This document shows positions 8,446 through 16,989 of a stretch of DNA of 64,000 bases, piece after piece. The stretch is from Dehalococcoidia bacterium. Lineage in GTDB: Bacteria > Chloroflexota > Dehalococcoidia > UBA2979. The notes beneath the pieces were generated by a model. That model saw nothing but the letters and a program-made list of their open reading frames with translations. It was not told where the DNA came from and made no database searches. Within the stretch, counting starts at the first letter, position 1. The number at the start of each line of letters is the position of its first letter. The DNA lies in assembly GCA_963667515.2 (NCBI GenBank), contig CAXXXY010000007.1, positions 137,393-201,392 of the forward strand. Reading direction: 5' to 3'. A program made the position numbers and the translations under genes.

Positions 8446-9315
8446 ATGCGCTCGCTGCTCTCCGACCCGCTCGCGATCGAGATCCCGTGGGACCCGAACA
8501 TCGCGGAGATCGGCGGCCTGCTCCTCACCTGGCACGGGCTCTTCACGGCCCTCGGCATCCTCGCGGGGGTGTGGCTGGCGCTGCGGCTCGGGCGCGTCAT
8601 CGACTACGACCCGGACGACATCTACTCGATCGCGCTGGTGGCGGTGCCCGCGGGCATCGTCGGGGCGCGGCTGCTCTTCGTCATCGAGCGCTGGGACTTC
8701 TACGGCACCCGCCCCGGCGACATCATCTCCATCACCGAGGGCGGCATCTCGATCTGGGGTGGCATCCTCGGCGGCATCCTCGGCGGCGCGCTCTACGCGC
8801 TGTGGAAGGGCTTCCCGCTGCTGCGCGGGCTGGACATCGGCGGGGCGGGGCTGCTGCTGGGGCAGGCGATCGGCCGCCTCGGCGACGTCGTCAACGGCGA
8901 GCACCTGTCGACCGTCACGGACCTGCCGTGGGGCGTCATCTACACCGACCCGGACTCGCCCGCCTTCGCGCACTCGGTGGCCGTCGGCGCGGTGCACCCC
9001 GCGACCAGCTACGAGCTTGTGGGCGACCTCGCGATCCTCGGCGTGATGCTGGTGCTCTTCTACGGCCTCTTCCGGCACCGCCCCGGCCTCGTCTTCTTCA
9101 CCTACCTCATCGGCTACGCGACGATGCGCTTCTTCCTCACCTACCTGCGCGTCGACTCCGCCGAGACGCTGAACGGGCTGCTGCGGGTGCCGCAGCTCGT
9201 CTCGGTGGTCGTGCTGCTGGTGGGCGTGCCGCTGGCGATCTGGGTGTGGCGCCGCCCGCCCGCCGCGCCCGCCGCGCCGAAGCCGCCGCCCGGCCGCGTG
9301 CCGATCGCCCGCTGA
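8446..9315 (+). CDS. lgt: Prolipoprotein diacylglyceryl transferase
   Basis: GGISIWGGILGGILGGALY and GQAIGRLGDVVNGEH blocks. Polytopic membrane profile. Confidence 0.85.
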   Translation: MRSLLSDPLAIEIPWDPNIAEIGGLLLTWHGLFTALGILAGVWLALRLGRVIDYDPDDIYSIALVAVPAGIVGARLLFVIERWDFYGTRPGDIISITEGGISIWGGILGGILGGALYALWKGFPLLRGLDIGGAGLLLGQAIGRLGDVVNGEHLSTVTDLPWGVIYTDPDSPAFAHSVAVGAVHPATSYELVGDLAILGVMLVLFYGLFRHRPGLVFFTYLIGYATMRFFLTYLRVDSAETLNGLLRVPQLVSVVVLLVGVPLAIWVWRRPPAAPAAPKPPPGRVPIAR

Positions 9316-9379
9316 CGGGTCGCGGCCCGCCGCGCCCGCGGTGGTACGCTGAGCACATCATGAACGTACTGGGGGACGC

Positions 9380-9637
9380 ATGAAGGCTCGGATACGCAAC
9401 GCCCTCTGGGTGGTGACGCTCCTCGTAGGCCTCGCGCTCTACGTCTTGCCAGCGATCGCCCTCGTGGTCTTCTTTGTGTCGTTCATCGCCGCGGTCCTTC
9501 TGACCATCCCGCGGGTGTCGAGTCGGCGAGCGCCTCATGGGCGCCACGAGGACAGCGATCCGCAGGCGGAGTTGAACGCGAAGCCCGACTTCGCGATCAC
9601 GAAGCACGATCCGCGGGGTGGTGGCTTCTTCCGCTGA
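9380..9637 (+). CDS. Small membrane protein, unknown function (85 aa)
   Basis: Two hydrophobic helices. GGGGGA Shine-Dalgarno-like run before the ATG. GC3-rich frame in a locally lower-GC stretch. Confidence 0.5.
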   Translation: MKARIRNALWVVTLLVGLALYVLPAIALVVFFVSFIAAVLLTIPRVSSRRAPHGRHEDSDPQAELNAKPDFAITKHDPRGGGFFR

Positions 9638-9675
9638 GACCCCGTCCACTGGCTCGTCTGCCCTCGCGTTACGTC

Positions 9676-9704
9676 TTGACGCGCAGGGAGGGCACGCCTA
9701 GCCT
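9676..9704 (+). promoter_or_regulatory. Sigma-70-type promoter (TTGACG-N17-TAGCCT) for the riboswitch-led operon
   Basis: -35 TTGACG at 9676-9681. -10 TAGCCT at 9699-9704. About 40 nt upstream of riboswitch stem P1. Confidence 0.6.
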
Positions 9705-9743
9705 CGACGGGTGTTCCCGAGGCGCGCGAGCGTCCCCGGGGCC

Positions 9744-9868
9744 GTTCATCACGAGTGGCTGAGGGACATCGGCCCGACGAAGCCACGGCAACCGTCCCCA
9801 TGCCGAGGGGGTGCGGTGCCACTGCCGACCCGGACTCTGCTCACGTGGCGGCGCCGGGAACGATGAAC
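9744..9868 (+). promoter_or_regulatory. SAM-I (S-box) riboswitch
   Basis: P1 GUUCAUC (9744-9750) pairs with GAUGAAC (9862-9868). Conserved core GAGUGGCUGAGGGA..GGCCCGACGAAGCCACGGCAACC..GGUGCCAC..GAACGAUGAAC matches the S-box consensus (GAGGGA, GGCCC-GAUGAAGCC, GCAACC, GGUGCCAA) as I recall it. Confidence 0.88.
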
Positions 9869-10026
9869 AGAGGCGCTCTCATGCAACTCCCCGTCCCCTG
9901 CCTGCGCGGTTCCACGCCGCCCGCCGCCGTGGCGATGCGCTAGCCCGGTCCGCCGCCGCCCCACGGGGCGCGCGAGCACCGGGCGACCGTCGTCACCCCC
10001 AGCCGACCCGATCTGGAGCTGCCCCC

Positions 10027-11295
10027 ATGTCCTTCGAGCGCGCCCTACGCTGTCGTGAATGCGGGCGGGAGTACCCGCTCGACCCGATCTTCTCCTGCGA
10101 GTTCTGCTTCGGGCCGCTGGAGGTCGCCTACGACTACGACGCGATGCGCGGGCGCGTCACCCGCGAGAGCATCGCGGCGGGCCCGAGCACGCTCTGGCGC
10201 TACGCCGACCTGCTGCCGTGCGATCCCGAGTTCCGCGTGGACATCGGCACCGGCTTCACGCCGCTGCAGCGCGCTGACCGTCTGGCCGAGGCGCTGGGGC
10301 TGCGCACGCTGTGGCTGAAGAACGACACGGTGAACCCCACCTGGTCGTTCAAGGACCGCGTGGTCTCCGTGGCGATCGCGCGCGCCCGGCAGTTCGGCTT
10401 CGACTCGATCGCCTGCGCCTCGACGGGCAATCTGGCGAACGCGGTCTGCGCGCACGCGGCGCGCGCGGGCATGGGCGTCTTCGTTTTCATCCCCGACGAC
10501 CTCGAGCGCGGCAAGGTGGTCGGCAGCGCCATCTACGACCCGACGCTGGTGATGGTGGACGGCAACTACGACGACGTGAACCGGCTCTGCACGGAGCTCT
10601 CGCAGAGCTACCCGTGGGCGTTCGTGAACATCAACGTGCGCCCCTACTACGCGGAGGGCTCGCGCACGCTGGGCTTCGAGGTCGCGGAGCAGCTCGGCTG
10701 GCGCGCCCCGGACGCCTGCGTGGTGCCCATGGCATCGGGCTCGCTCTACACGAAGATCCACAAGGGGCTGACGGAGTTCGCCACGCTCGGGCTGATCGAG
10801 GAGCCGCACACGCGCATGTTCGGCGCGCAGGCCGCGGGCTGCTCGCCGATCGCCACGGCCCGCGCGGCGGGGACGCTCAACTTCGTCCCGCAGAAGCCCG
10901 ACACCATCGCGCGCTCCCTGGCCATCGGTAATCCGGCCGACGGCTACTATGCGCTGAAGAAGATGGACGAGACGGACGGCGGCGCGGAGATGGCGACCGA
11001 CGAGGAGATCGTCGCGGGTATTCGGCTGCTCGCTGAGACCGAGGGCATCTTCGCCGAGACGGCGGGCGGGGTGACGGTCGCGTGCCTCAAGAAGCTCGTG
11101 GAGCAGGGTGCGATCGCGCCCGAGGAGGAGACGGTCGCCTTCATCACCGGTGCCGGCCTGAAGACGGTGGAGGTGGTGATGGACCACGTCACCGAGCCGC
11201 TGCGCGTGCCCGCCCGTGCCGAGGCGTTCGCGCAGGCGCTGGAGGAGCGGCAGGGCGCTCTCGCCGCGGTGGGCGTCGCCGGGACGGGAGCGTAG
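10027..11295 (+). CDS. Threonine-synthase-like PLP enzyme with N-terminal zinc ribbon (MetM-like candidate)
   Basis: CRECGREYPLDPIFSCEFCFG zinc ribbon. PLP lysine block NPTWSFKDRVVSVAI. ASTGNLANAV. Sits behind a SAM riboswitch and next to a MoaD-type carrier. Confidence 0.8.
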   Translation: MSFERALRCRECGREYPLDPIFSCEFCFGPLEVAYDYDAMRGRVTRESIAAGPSTLWRYADLLPCDPEFRVDIGTGFTPLQRADRLAEALGLRTLWLKNDTVNPTWSFKDRVVSVAIARARQFGFDSIACASTGNLANAVCAHAARAGMGVFVFIPDDLERGKVVGSAIYDPTLVMVDGNYDDVNRLCTELSQSYPWAFVNINVRPYYAEGSRTLGFEVAEQLGWRAPDACVVPMASGSLYTKIHKGLTEFATLGLIEEPHTRMFGAQAAGCSPIATARAAGTLNFVPQKPDTIARSLAIGNPADGYYALKKMDETDGGAEMATDEEIVAGIRLLAETEGIFAETAGGVTVACLKKLVEQGAIAPEEETVAFITGAGLKTVEVVMDHVTEPLRVPARAEAFAQALEERQGALAAVGVAGTGA

Positions 11296-11297
11296 CG

Positions 11298-11540
11298 ATG
11301 GCCAGCCGTCGCGTGCGCTTCTCCTTCGAGCCGGCGCTGATCCGGGATCCGGTCATCTACCAGATCGGCCATACCTTCGACGTGGTGACCAACATCCGCA
11401 TGGCCGACGTGGACGAGCAGATCGGCTGGGTGATCCTCGAGATCGACGGCGAGGCCGAGGAGATCGATCGCGCGCTCGCGTGGGCGCAGGAGCGCGGCGT
11501 GCGGGTCGATCCGCTCGCCGGCGACGTGGTGGAAGGCTAG
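11298..11540 (+). CDS. NIL-domain small protein (80 aa)
   Basis: VRFSFEPALIRDPVIYQIGHTFDVVTNIRMADVDEQIGWVILEIDGEAEEIDRALAWAQERGVRV resembles the NIL domain (MetN C-terminal type). Domain identified by recall only. Confidence 0.6.
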   Translation: MASRRVRFSFEPALIRDPVIYQIGHTFDVVTNIRMADVDEQIGWVILEIDGEAEEIDRALAWAQERGVRVDPLAGDVVEG

Positions 11541-11544
11541 GCGG

Positions 11545-11826
11545 ATGAGCGTCACGGTGAAGATCCCGACCCCACTGCGTTCGCTCACCGGCGACCGCGA
11601 CAAGATCGACGCGCAGGGGGCGACGCTCGCAGCGCTCGTCGACGAGCTCGACGGCTCCTTCCCGGGCATGCGGGAGCGCCTTTGCGACGAGGGCGGTGGG
11701 CTGCGGCGCTTCGTCAACGTCTACGTCAACGGCGAGGACGTGCGCTTCCTCGAGGGGCTCGACACCGCGCTGGGCGACGGCGACGAGGTCTCGATCGTGC
11801 CCGCGGTCGCCGGCGGCGCGAGCTAG
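11545..11826 (+). CDS. MoaD/ThiS-family sulfur-carrier protein 1 (ends ..PAVAGG-AS)
   Basis: 93 aa. VNVYVNGEDV..GDGDEVSIVPAVAGGAS. The diglycine is followed by two extra residues. Confidence 0.85.
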   Translation: MSVTVKIPTPLRSLTGDRDKIDAQGATLAALVDELDGSFPGMRERLCDEGGGLRRFVNVYVNGEDVRFLEGLDTALGDGDEVSIVPAVAGGAS

Positions 11827-11895
11827 CGAGGCGACGCGCCGGCCTCGGCGCGCGCCCGTGGGCGGGTCGCCGCGGCCGAGCCTCGAATGAGGGCA

Positions 11896-11924
11896 TGCTA
11901 CAATGTCGACCTATTTAGTCGACA
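11896..11924 (+). promoter_or_regulatory. Extended -10 (TGcTACAAT) overlapping a perfect palindrome TGTCGAC-N7-GTCGACA (candidate Rrf2 operator)
   Basis: AT-rich island in GC-rich DNA. TACAAT at 11899-11904, TGTCGAC at 11904-11910, GTCGACA at 11918-11924. Lies 58 nt upstream of the Rrf2 gene. Confidence 0.6.
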
Positions 11925-11981
11925 ATTCGCTGGTGCGGCTGTCGGGCGCTCGCCGGGGGCTCGGCGCGCGCGGCGGGGACG

Positions 11982-12437
11982 GTGGCGGGCGTGCGGCTCT
12001 CGACCAAGGGGGACTACGGCGTGCGGGCGCTGATCGAGCTCGCGCTGCACGAGGGCGAGTGCCCGGTGCAGCGCGCCGAGATCGCGGCGCGCCGGCAGAT
12101 CCCGGAGTCCTACCTCGATCACCTGCTGGCGCAGCTGCGGCGCGACGGCTTCGTGCGCTCCACCCGCGGCCCCGGCGGCGGGCACGAGCTGGCACGGCCC
12201 TCCGCCGAGGTGCGGCTGCTGGACGTGCTGGAGTCGCTGGAGGGCTCGCTGGCGCCGCTGGCCTGCCTGGAGGACGGCGAGGACCACTCGGAGCAGCACG
12301 TGATCTGCGGGCAGCAATGGGTGTGGCGCGAGATCTACGACGCGATGCGCCTGCGGCTGGCCGCCGTGACGCTGGCCGAGCTGCTGGCGCGCGACCGCGA
12401 GCGGCAGCGGCGGCTGGCGCCGTCGTACAGCATCTGA
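11982..12437 (+). CDS. Rrf2-family transcriptional regulator (IscR/CymR-like)
   Basis: [56 protein letters not shown] winged-helix signature. The true start may be GTG 11991. Confidence 0.85.
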   Translation: MAGVRLSTKGDYGVRALIELALHEGECPVQRAEIAARRQIPESYLDHLLAQLRRDGFVRSTRGPGGGHELARPSAEVRLLDVLESLEGSLAPLACLEDGEDHSEQHVICGQQWVWREIYDAMRLRLAAVTLAELLARDRERQRRLAPSYSI

Positions 12438-12534
12438 GGCACGTGGATCCGGGGCACACGGGAACGCGGCGAGGCGGCCGGGCGCGGCGACTCGCGACCG
12501 GGACGAGCGCGGAGCAGAGCGAGGGAGGGCGCGG

Positions 12535-13482
12535 GTGACGGGAGAGCCCACGGCAGACGCCGACTCCTACGCGCGTCCCGTCCTCGCGGACGGGGTGCTC
12601 TCGCTCATCGGGCGCACGCCGCTGGTGCGGCTCAGCCGCGTGGCGCCCGCGGGCGTCGAGGTGCTGGGCAAGCTCGAGTCGATGAACCCGGCAGGCTCGG
12701 TGAAGGACCGCATCGCGCTGTCGATGGTCGAGGCCGCCGAGCGCGAGGGGCTGCTCCGACCCGGCGACACCATCGTGGAGCCGACCTCGGGCAACACCGG
12801 CATTGGCCTCGCGATGGTTTGCGCCTGCAAGGGCTACCGGCTGGTGCTCACGATGCCCGAGGACATGAGCGTGGAGCGGCGGCGGCTGCTGGAGCGCTTC
12901 GGCGCCGAGCTGGTGCTGACCCCCGCCATCGAGGGTATGACCGGCTCCGTCTACGCCGCGCGCGAGCTGTCGGAGAGCCGCGGCTACTTCATGCCGCAGC
13001 AGTTCGAGAACCCCGCAAACCCGGAGGTGCACCGGCTGACGACGGGCCCCGAGATCCTGCAGGCGACGGAGGGCCGGCTGGATGCCTTCGTCGCGGGGGT
13101 GGGCACGGGCGGCACCATCACCGGCGTGGGCGAGGTGCTGCGCGGCGCGCTGCCCGCGGTGCGCATCGTCGCGGTGGAGCCGGCGCGCTCGCCGGTGCTG
13201 GCGGGCGGGCGCGCGGGGATGCACGCGATCCAGGGTATCGGCGCCTCCTTCGTCCCCGGCGTCCTGAACCGCGATATCTACGACGAGGTGATCGCCGTCT
13301 CCGACGAGGACGCGTTCGACATGACACAACGGCTGACGCGCGAGGAGGGGCTACTGGTGGGCGTCTCCGCCGGGGCCAACGTGTGGGCCGCCGTGCGCGT
13401 CGCCGAGCAGCTGGGGCCGGGCGCGCGCGTGGCGACGATGCTCTGCGACACGGGCGAGCGCTACCTCAGCGTGGCGTTCTAG
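12535..13482 (+). CDS. Cysteine synthase family PLP enzyme (CysK/CysM)
   Basis: [36 protein letters not shown] blocks. Confidence 0.88.
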   Translation: MTGEPTADADSYARPVLADGVLSLIGRTPLVRLSRVAPAGVEVLGKLESMNPAGSVKDRIALSMVEAAEREGLLRPGDTIVEPTSGNTGIGLAMVCACKGYRLVLTMPEDMSVERRRLLERFGAELVLTPAIEGMTGSVYAARELSESRGYFMPQQFENPANPEVHRLTTGPEILQATEGRLDAFVAGVGTGGTITGVGEVLRGALPAVRIVAVEPARSPVLAGGRAGMHAIQGIGASFVPGVLNRDIYDEVIAVSDEDAFDMTQRLTREEGLLVGVSAGANVWAAVRVAEQLGPGARVATMLCDTGERYLSVAF

Positions 13483-13495
13483 GGGAGGGGCCACG

Positions 13496-13777
13496 ATGCC
13501 GGTCAGCGTCTACATTCCCTCGCCGTTCCGCCGCTTCACGGCGAACCGCGAGCACGTCAGCGTGGAGGGGGGCACGGTGCGTGAGGTGCTGGATGCGCTG
13601 GAGCGCGCCTATCCCGGCTTCGACCACCTCGTCTACGATCGCGAGCGGCGCATCCCGACGCACATCAACATCTACGTGAACAACCGCGAGATACACGATC
13701 TCGCGGGGCCGGAGACCTCGCTCTCCGACGGCGACCAGGTGGCGGTGATCCCCGCGCTGGCAGGAGGAGCCCGATGA
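13496..13777 (+). CDS. MoaD/ThiS-family sulfur-carrier protein 2 (ends ..PALAGG-AR)
   Basis: 93 aa. INIYVNNREI..SDGDQVAVIPALAGGAR. The stop overlaps the start of the E1 gene. Confidence 0.85.
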   Translation: MPVSVYIPSPFRRFTANREHVSVEGGTVREVLDALERAYPGFDHLVYDRERRIPTHINIYVNNREIHDLAGPETSLSDGDQVAVIPALAGGAR

Positions 13778-14664
13778 CGGAGGCAGCGAGCGGGAACGGC
13801 GCGCAGCCCGGCGGGAGCGCGTTCACCCCGGACGAGGTGATGCGCTACTCGCGGCACATGATCATGGGCCAGGTGGGCCCCGTGGGGCAGCGCCAGCTGC
13901 GCAACGCCAGCGTGCTGGTGGTGGGCGCGGGCGGCCTCGGCTCGCCGGTGGCGCTCTACCTGGCGCTCGCCGGCGTCGGGCGCATCGGCCTCGTCGACTT
14001 CGACATCGTCGACCTGTCGAACCTGCAGCGGCAGATCCTCCACCAGACCGCAGATGTCGGGCGGCCGAAGATCGTCTCGGCGAAGGAGTCGCTCCTCGCA
14101 TACAACCCGCACGTCACCGTCGACACGCACGAGCAGCCGATCACCTCCGACAACGCGATGGAGATCATCGCGGGCTACGACATCATCGTGAACGGCGCCG
14201 ACAACTTCGCCACGCGCTACCTCGTGAACGACGCCGCCTATCTCTCCGGCAAGACGCTGGTGGACGGCTCGATCCTGCTCTTCGACGGGCAGGTGACCGT
14301 GTACAAGCCCGGGCACGGTTGCTACCGCTGCCTCTACCCCGCGCCGCCGCCGCCCGGCCTCGTGCCGTCCTGCGCCGAGGCGGGGGTGCTGGGCGCGATC
14401 ACCGGCATCGTCGGCTCGATCCAGGCGACCGAGGTGTTCAAGCAGATCCTCGACATCGGCGAGCCGCTGGTCGGGCGGCTGCTGCTGATCGACGCGCTGA
14501 CGATGGACTTCCGCATGATGAAGGTGCGCCGCGACCCGGCCTGCCCGCTCTGCGGCGACGCGCCGAGCATCCACGAGCTGATCGACTACGACCAGTTCTG
14601 CGGCACGCCGCCTTTGATCGTGCCGGCGGAGGCGCTGGAGGCCGCGGGCGGGGCGCCCGCCTAG
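13774..14664 (+). CDS. ThiF/MoeB-type E1-like adenylyltransferase (no rhodanese domain)
   Basis: RYSRHMIM..VLVVGAGGLGSPVALYLALAGVGRIGLVDFD nucleotide loop. CYRCLYP and CPLCG cysteine pairs. Confidence 0.88.
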   Translation: MTEAASGNGAQPGGSAFTPDEVMRYSRHMIMGQVGPVGQRQLRNASVLVVGAGGLGSPVALYLALAGVGRIGLVDFDIVDLSNLQRQILHQTADVGRPKIVSAKESLLAYNPHVTVDTHEQPITSDNAMEIIAGYDIIVNGADNFATRYLVNDAAYLSGKTLVDGSILLFDGQVTVYKPGHGCYRCLYPAPPPPGLVPSCAEAGVLGAITGIVGSIQATEVFKQILDIGEPLVGRLLLIDALTMDFRMMKVRRDPACPLCGDAPSIHELIDYDQFCGTPPLIVPAEALEAAGGAPA

Positions 14665-14753
14665 CGCGTGTCGCGGGCGAGAGGGCATTCGGCCCACCCA
14701 CGCGCGGCCTGCGGGCGGCGGAGGGATGGGCGCGCAGCGAGAGGGAGGCGCAG

Positions 14754-15092
14754 GTGGCGGTGACAGTGCACGTCGCCTCGGTGATCCAGAAGGTCGTGGG
14801 CGACCAGAAGCAGCTTGAGGCGGACGGCTCGACGATCGCCGAGCTGATCGCCGACATCGAAGCCCGCTACCCCGGCTTCCGGGCGCAGGTCGCCGACGAG
14901 TCCGGCGAGCTCCACCGCTTCGTCAACGTGTACCTGAACGACGAGGACGTGCGCTACCTCGGCGGCACGGGCACCGAGCTCGGCGAGGGCGACTCGGTCT
15001 CCTTCTTGCCCGCCTTGGCCGGCGGGGGCTCGTTCCTGCCCGCGCTGGCGGGCGGGGCCTCCTTCCTGCCTGCGCTCGCGGGCGGGCGCTAG
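14754..15092 (+). CDS. MoaD/ThiS-family sulfur-carrier protein 3 with triplicated C-terminal diglycine tail
   Basis: GAGGGAGG then GTG at 14754. VNVYLNDEDV..EGDSV-SFLPALAGG-G-SFLPALAGG-A-SFLPALAGG-R-stop. Confidence 0.8.
   Translation: MAVTVHVASVIQKVVGDQKQLEADGSTIAELIADIEARYPGFRAQVADESGELHRFVNVYLNDEDVRYLGGTGTELGEGDSVSFLPALAGGGSFLPALAGGASFLPALAGGR
15000..15089 (+). repeat. 3 x 30-bp in-frame tandem repeat encoding SFLPALAGG(G/A/R)
   Basis: Units at 15000-15029, 15030-15059 and 15060-15089. Over the nine conserved codons, unit 1 vs 2 differ at 5 positions and unit 2 vs 3 at 3. All differences are third-codon-position synonymous changes. Confidence 0.95.
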
Positions 15093-15143
15093 CGGGCGCG
15101 CGCCCGCGAGGCCACGATGCGCGGCGCGAGGGCGGGGGGCCCG

Positions 15144-16079
15144 ATGCTCTATCACGGCGTGCTCGAACTCGTCGGCGACACGCCGCTCGTCGAGGTCAGC
15201 GAGCTCTCGCCCAACCCCGCCGTGCAGATCTACGCCAAGCTCGAGGGGGAGAACCCCACGGGCTCGGTGAAGGACCGCATCGCCCGCTACATGGTGGATG
15301 CCGCCGAGCGCGACGGCCGGCTCAGCCCCGGCCAGACGATCCTCGAGCCGACCTCGGGCAACACCGGCATCTCGCTGGCCCTCATCGGCCGGCTGCGCGG
15401 CTACCCCGTGAAGGTGGTGATGCCGGACGCCGTCAGCGTCGAGCGCGTCCAGCTGCTCGAGGCCTTCGGCGCGGAGATCCTCTACTCGCCGGGCGAGTTG
15501 GGCACCAACGGCTCCGTCCGGCGCGCGCGGGAGCTTGGCGCCGAGCACCCCGAGTGGTTCCTCCCCTTCCAGTACGAGAACCCCGAGAACCCCCGCGCCC
15601 ACTACGAGACGACCGCGCCCGAGATCCTGCGCGACCTCCCCGAGCTCGACGTCTTCGTGGCGGGGCTCGGCACGGGGGGGACGCTCACCGGCGTCGGCCG
15701 GCGGCTCAAGGAGCACGACCCCGCGATCCGCGTAGTCGCGGCGGCGCCCCACCCCGGCGATCTGGTGCAGGGGCTGCGCAGCCTGGAGGAGGGCTACATC
15801 CCGCCCGTCTTCGACGACACGGTGCTGGACGGGCGCATCGTCGTGGACTCGCGCACCTCGTTCCGGCTCACGAAGGAGCTGATGGAGCGCTGCGGGGTGT
15901 TCGCGGGCGTCTCGGCGGGTGCGGTGATCCGCGCGGCGCAGCGCGTCGCCGAGCGGATGGAGCGCGGGCAGATCGTCTGCCTGCTGGCCGACGGCGGCTG
16001 GAAGTACCTCTCCACGGGGCTGTGGAGCAAGGAGTACGCCGAGATCGAGGAAGACGTGAGCGAGAAGATGTGGTGGTAG
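15144..16079 (+). CDS. Cysteine synthase family PLP enzyme, CysM-like
   Basis: [38 protein letters not shown] blocks. Directly follows carrier 3. Confidence 0.88.
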   Translation: MLYHGVLELVGDTPLVEVSELSPNPAVQIYAKLEGENPTGSVKDRIARYMVDAAERDGRLSPGQTILEPTSGNTGISLALIGRLRGYPVKVVMPDAVSVERVQLLEAFGAEILYSPGELGTNGSVRRARELGAEHPEWFLPFQYENPENPRAHYETTAPEILRDLPELDVFVAGLGTGGTLTGVGRRLKEHDPAIRVVAAAPHPGDLVQGLRSLEEGYIPPVFDDTVLDGRIVVDSRTSFRLTKELMERCGVFAGVSAGAVIRAAQRVAERMERGQIVCLLADGGWKYLSTGLWSKEYAEIEEDVSEKMWW

Positions 16080-16161
16080 CCTGCGCGCCGCCCCCGACCT
16101 GTGGCGAGGGCGCGAGGCCGGGGCCACAGCCGGGAGGCGGCGCCGGCGGGAGGAGACGACG

Positions 16162-16986
16162 ATGACCGAGAAGCTCGTGAGCTGCGACTGGGTGGCGGCG
16201 CACCTCAACGACCCGGAGGTGCGGCTGGTCGAGGTCGACGTCGACACCGAGGCCTACGCGCAGGGCCACATCGAGGGCGCGGTCGGCTGGAACTGGACGA
16301 CGCAGCTCCAGGACCAGCGGCGCCGCGACATCCTCTCGAGGGAGGCGATCGAGGAGCTGCTCGCCGGCTCGGGCGTCGGCGATGACACCCACGTCGTGCT
16401 CTACGGCGACAACAACAACTGGTTCGCGGCCTACGCGCTGTGGCTGCTCGAGCTCTACGGGCACGAGAGCGCCTCGCTGATGGACGGCGGGCGCGTGAAG
16501 TGGCTGGCGGAGAGCCGGCCGACCACGACCACCGCGCCGCAGGTGCCGCGCGCGAGCTACCACGCGAGCGAGGCGGACCCGGCGCTGCGCGCGCGGCGGG
16601 ACGATGTGCTGGGCGCCCTCGGCGGCGACGGCCCGCAGCTCGTCGACGTGCGCAGCCCCGCCGAGTTCTCGGGCGAGGTGATCGCGCCGCCCGGCATGTC
16701 GGAGTCGGCGCAGCGCGGCGGGCACATCCCCGGCGCGAAGAGCATCCCGTGGGCGCGCGCCGTCAACGAGGACGGCACGTTCCGCTCGGCCGACGAGCTG
16801 CGGCAGCTCTACGGCGATGCCGGCGTGCGCGAGGGCGACTCGACGATCGTCTACTGCCGCATCGGCGAGCGCTCCTCGCACACCTGGTTCGTGCTGCGGC
16901 ACCTGCTGGGCTACGGCGACGTGCGCAACTACGACGGCTCGTGGACCGAGTACGGCTCGCTCATCGACGTCCCGATCGAGCGCTAG
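16162..16986 (+). CDS. Two-domain rhodanese (thiosulfate/3-mercaptopyruvate sulfurtransferase type)
   Basis: Tandem rhodanese architecture. Active-site loop VYCRIGERSSHTW. Confidence 0.85.
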   Translation: MTEKLVSCDWVAAHLNDPEVRLVEVDVDTEAYAQGHIEGAVGWNWTTQLQDQRRRDILSREAIEELLAGSGVGDDTHVVLYGDNNNWFAAYALWLLELYGHESASLMDGGRVKWLAESRPTTTTAPQVPRASYHASEADPALRARRDDVLGALGGDGPQLVDVRSPAEFSGEVIAPPGMSESAQRGGHIPGAKSIPWARAVNEDGTFRSADELRQLYGDAGVREGDSTIVYCRIGERSSHTWFVLRHLLGYGDVRNYDGSWTEYGSLIDVPIER

Positions 16987-16989
16987 CGG

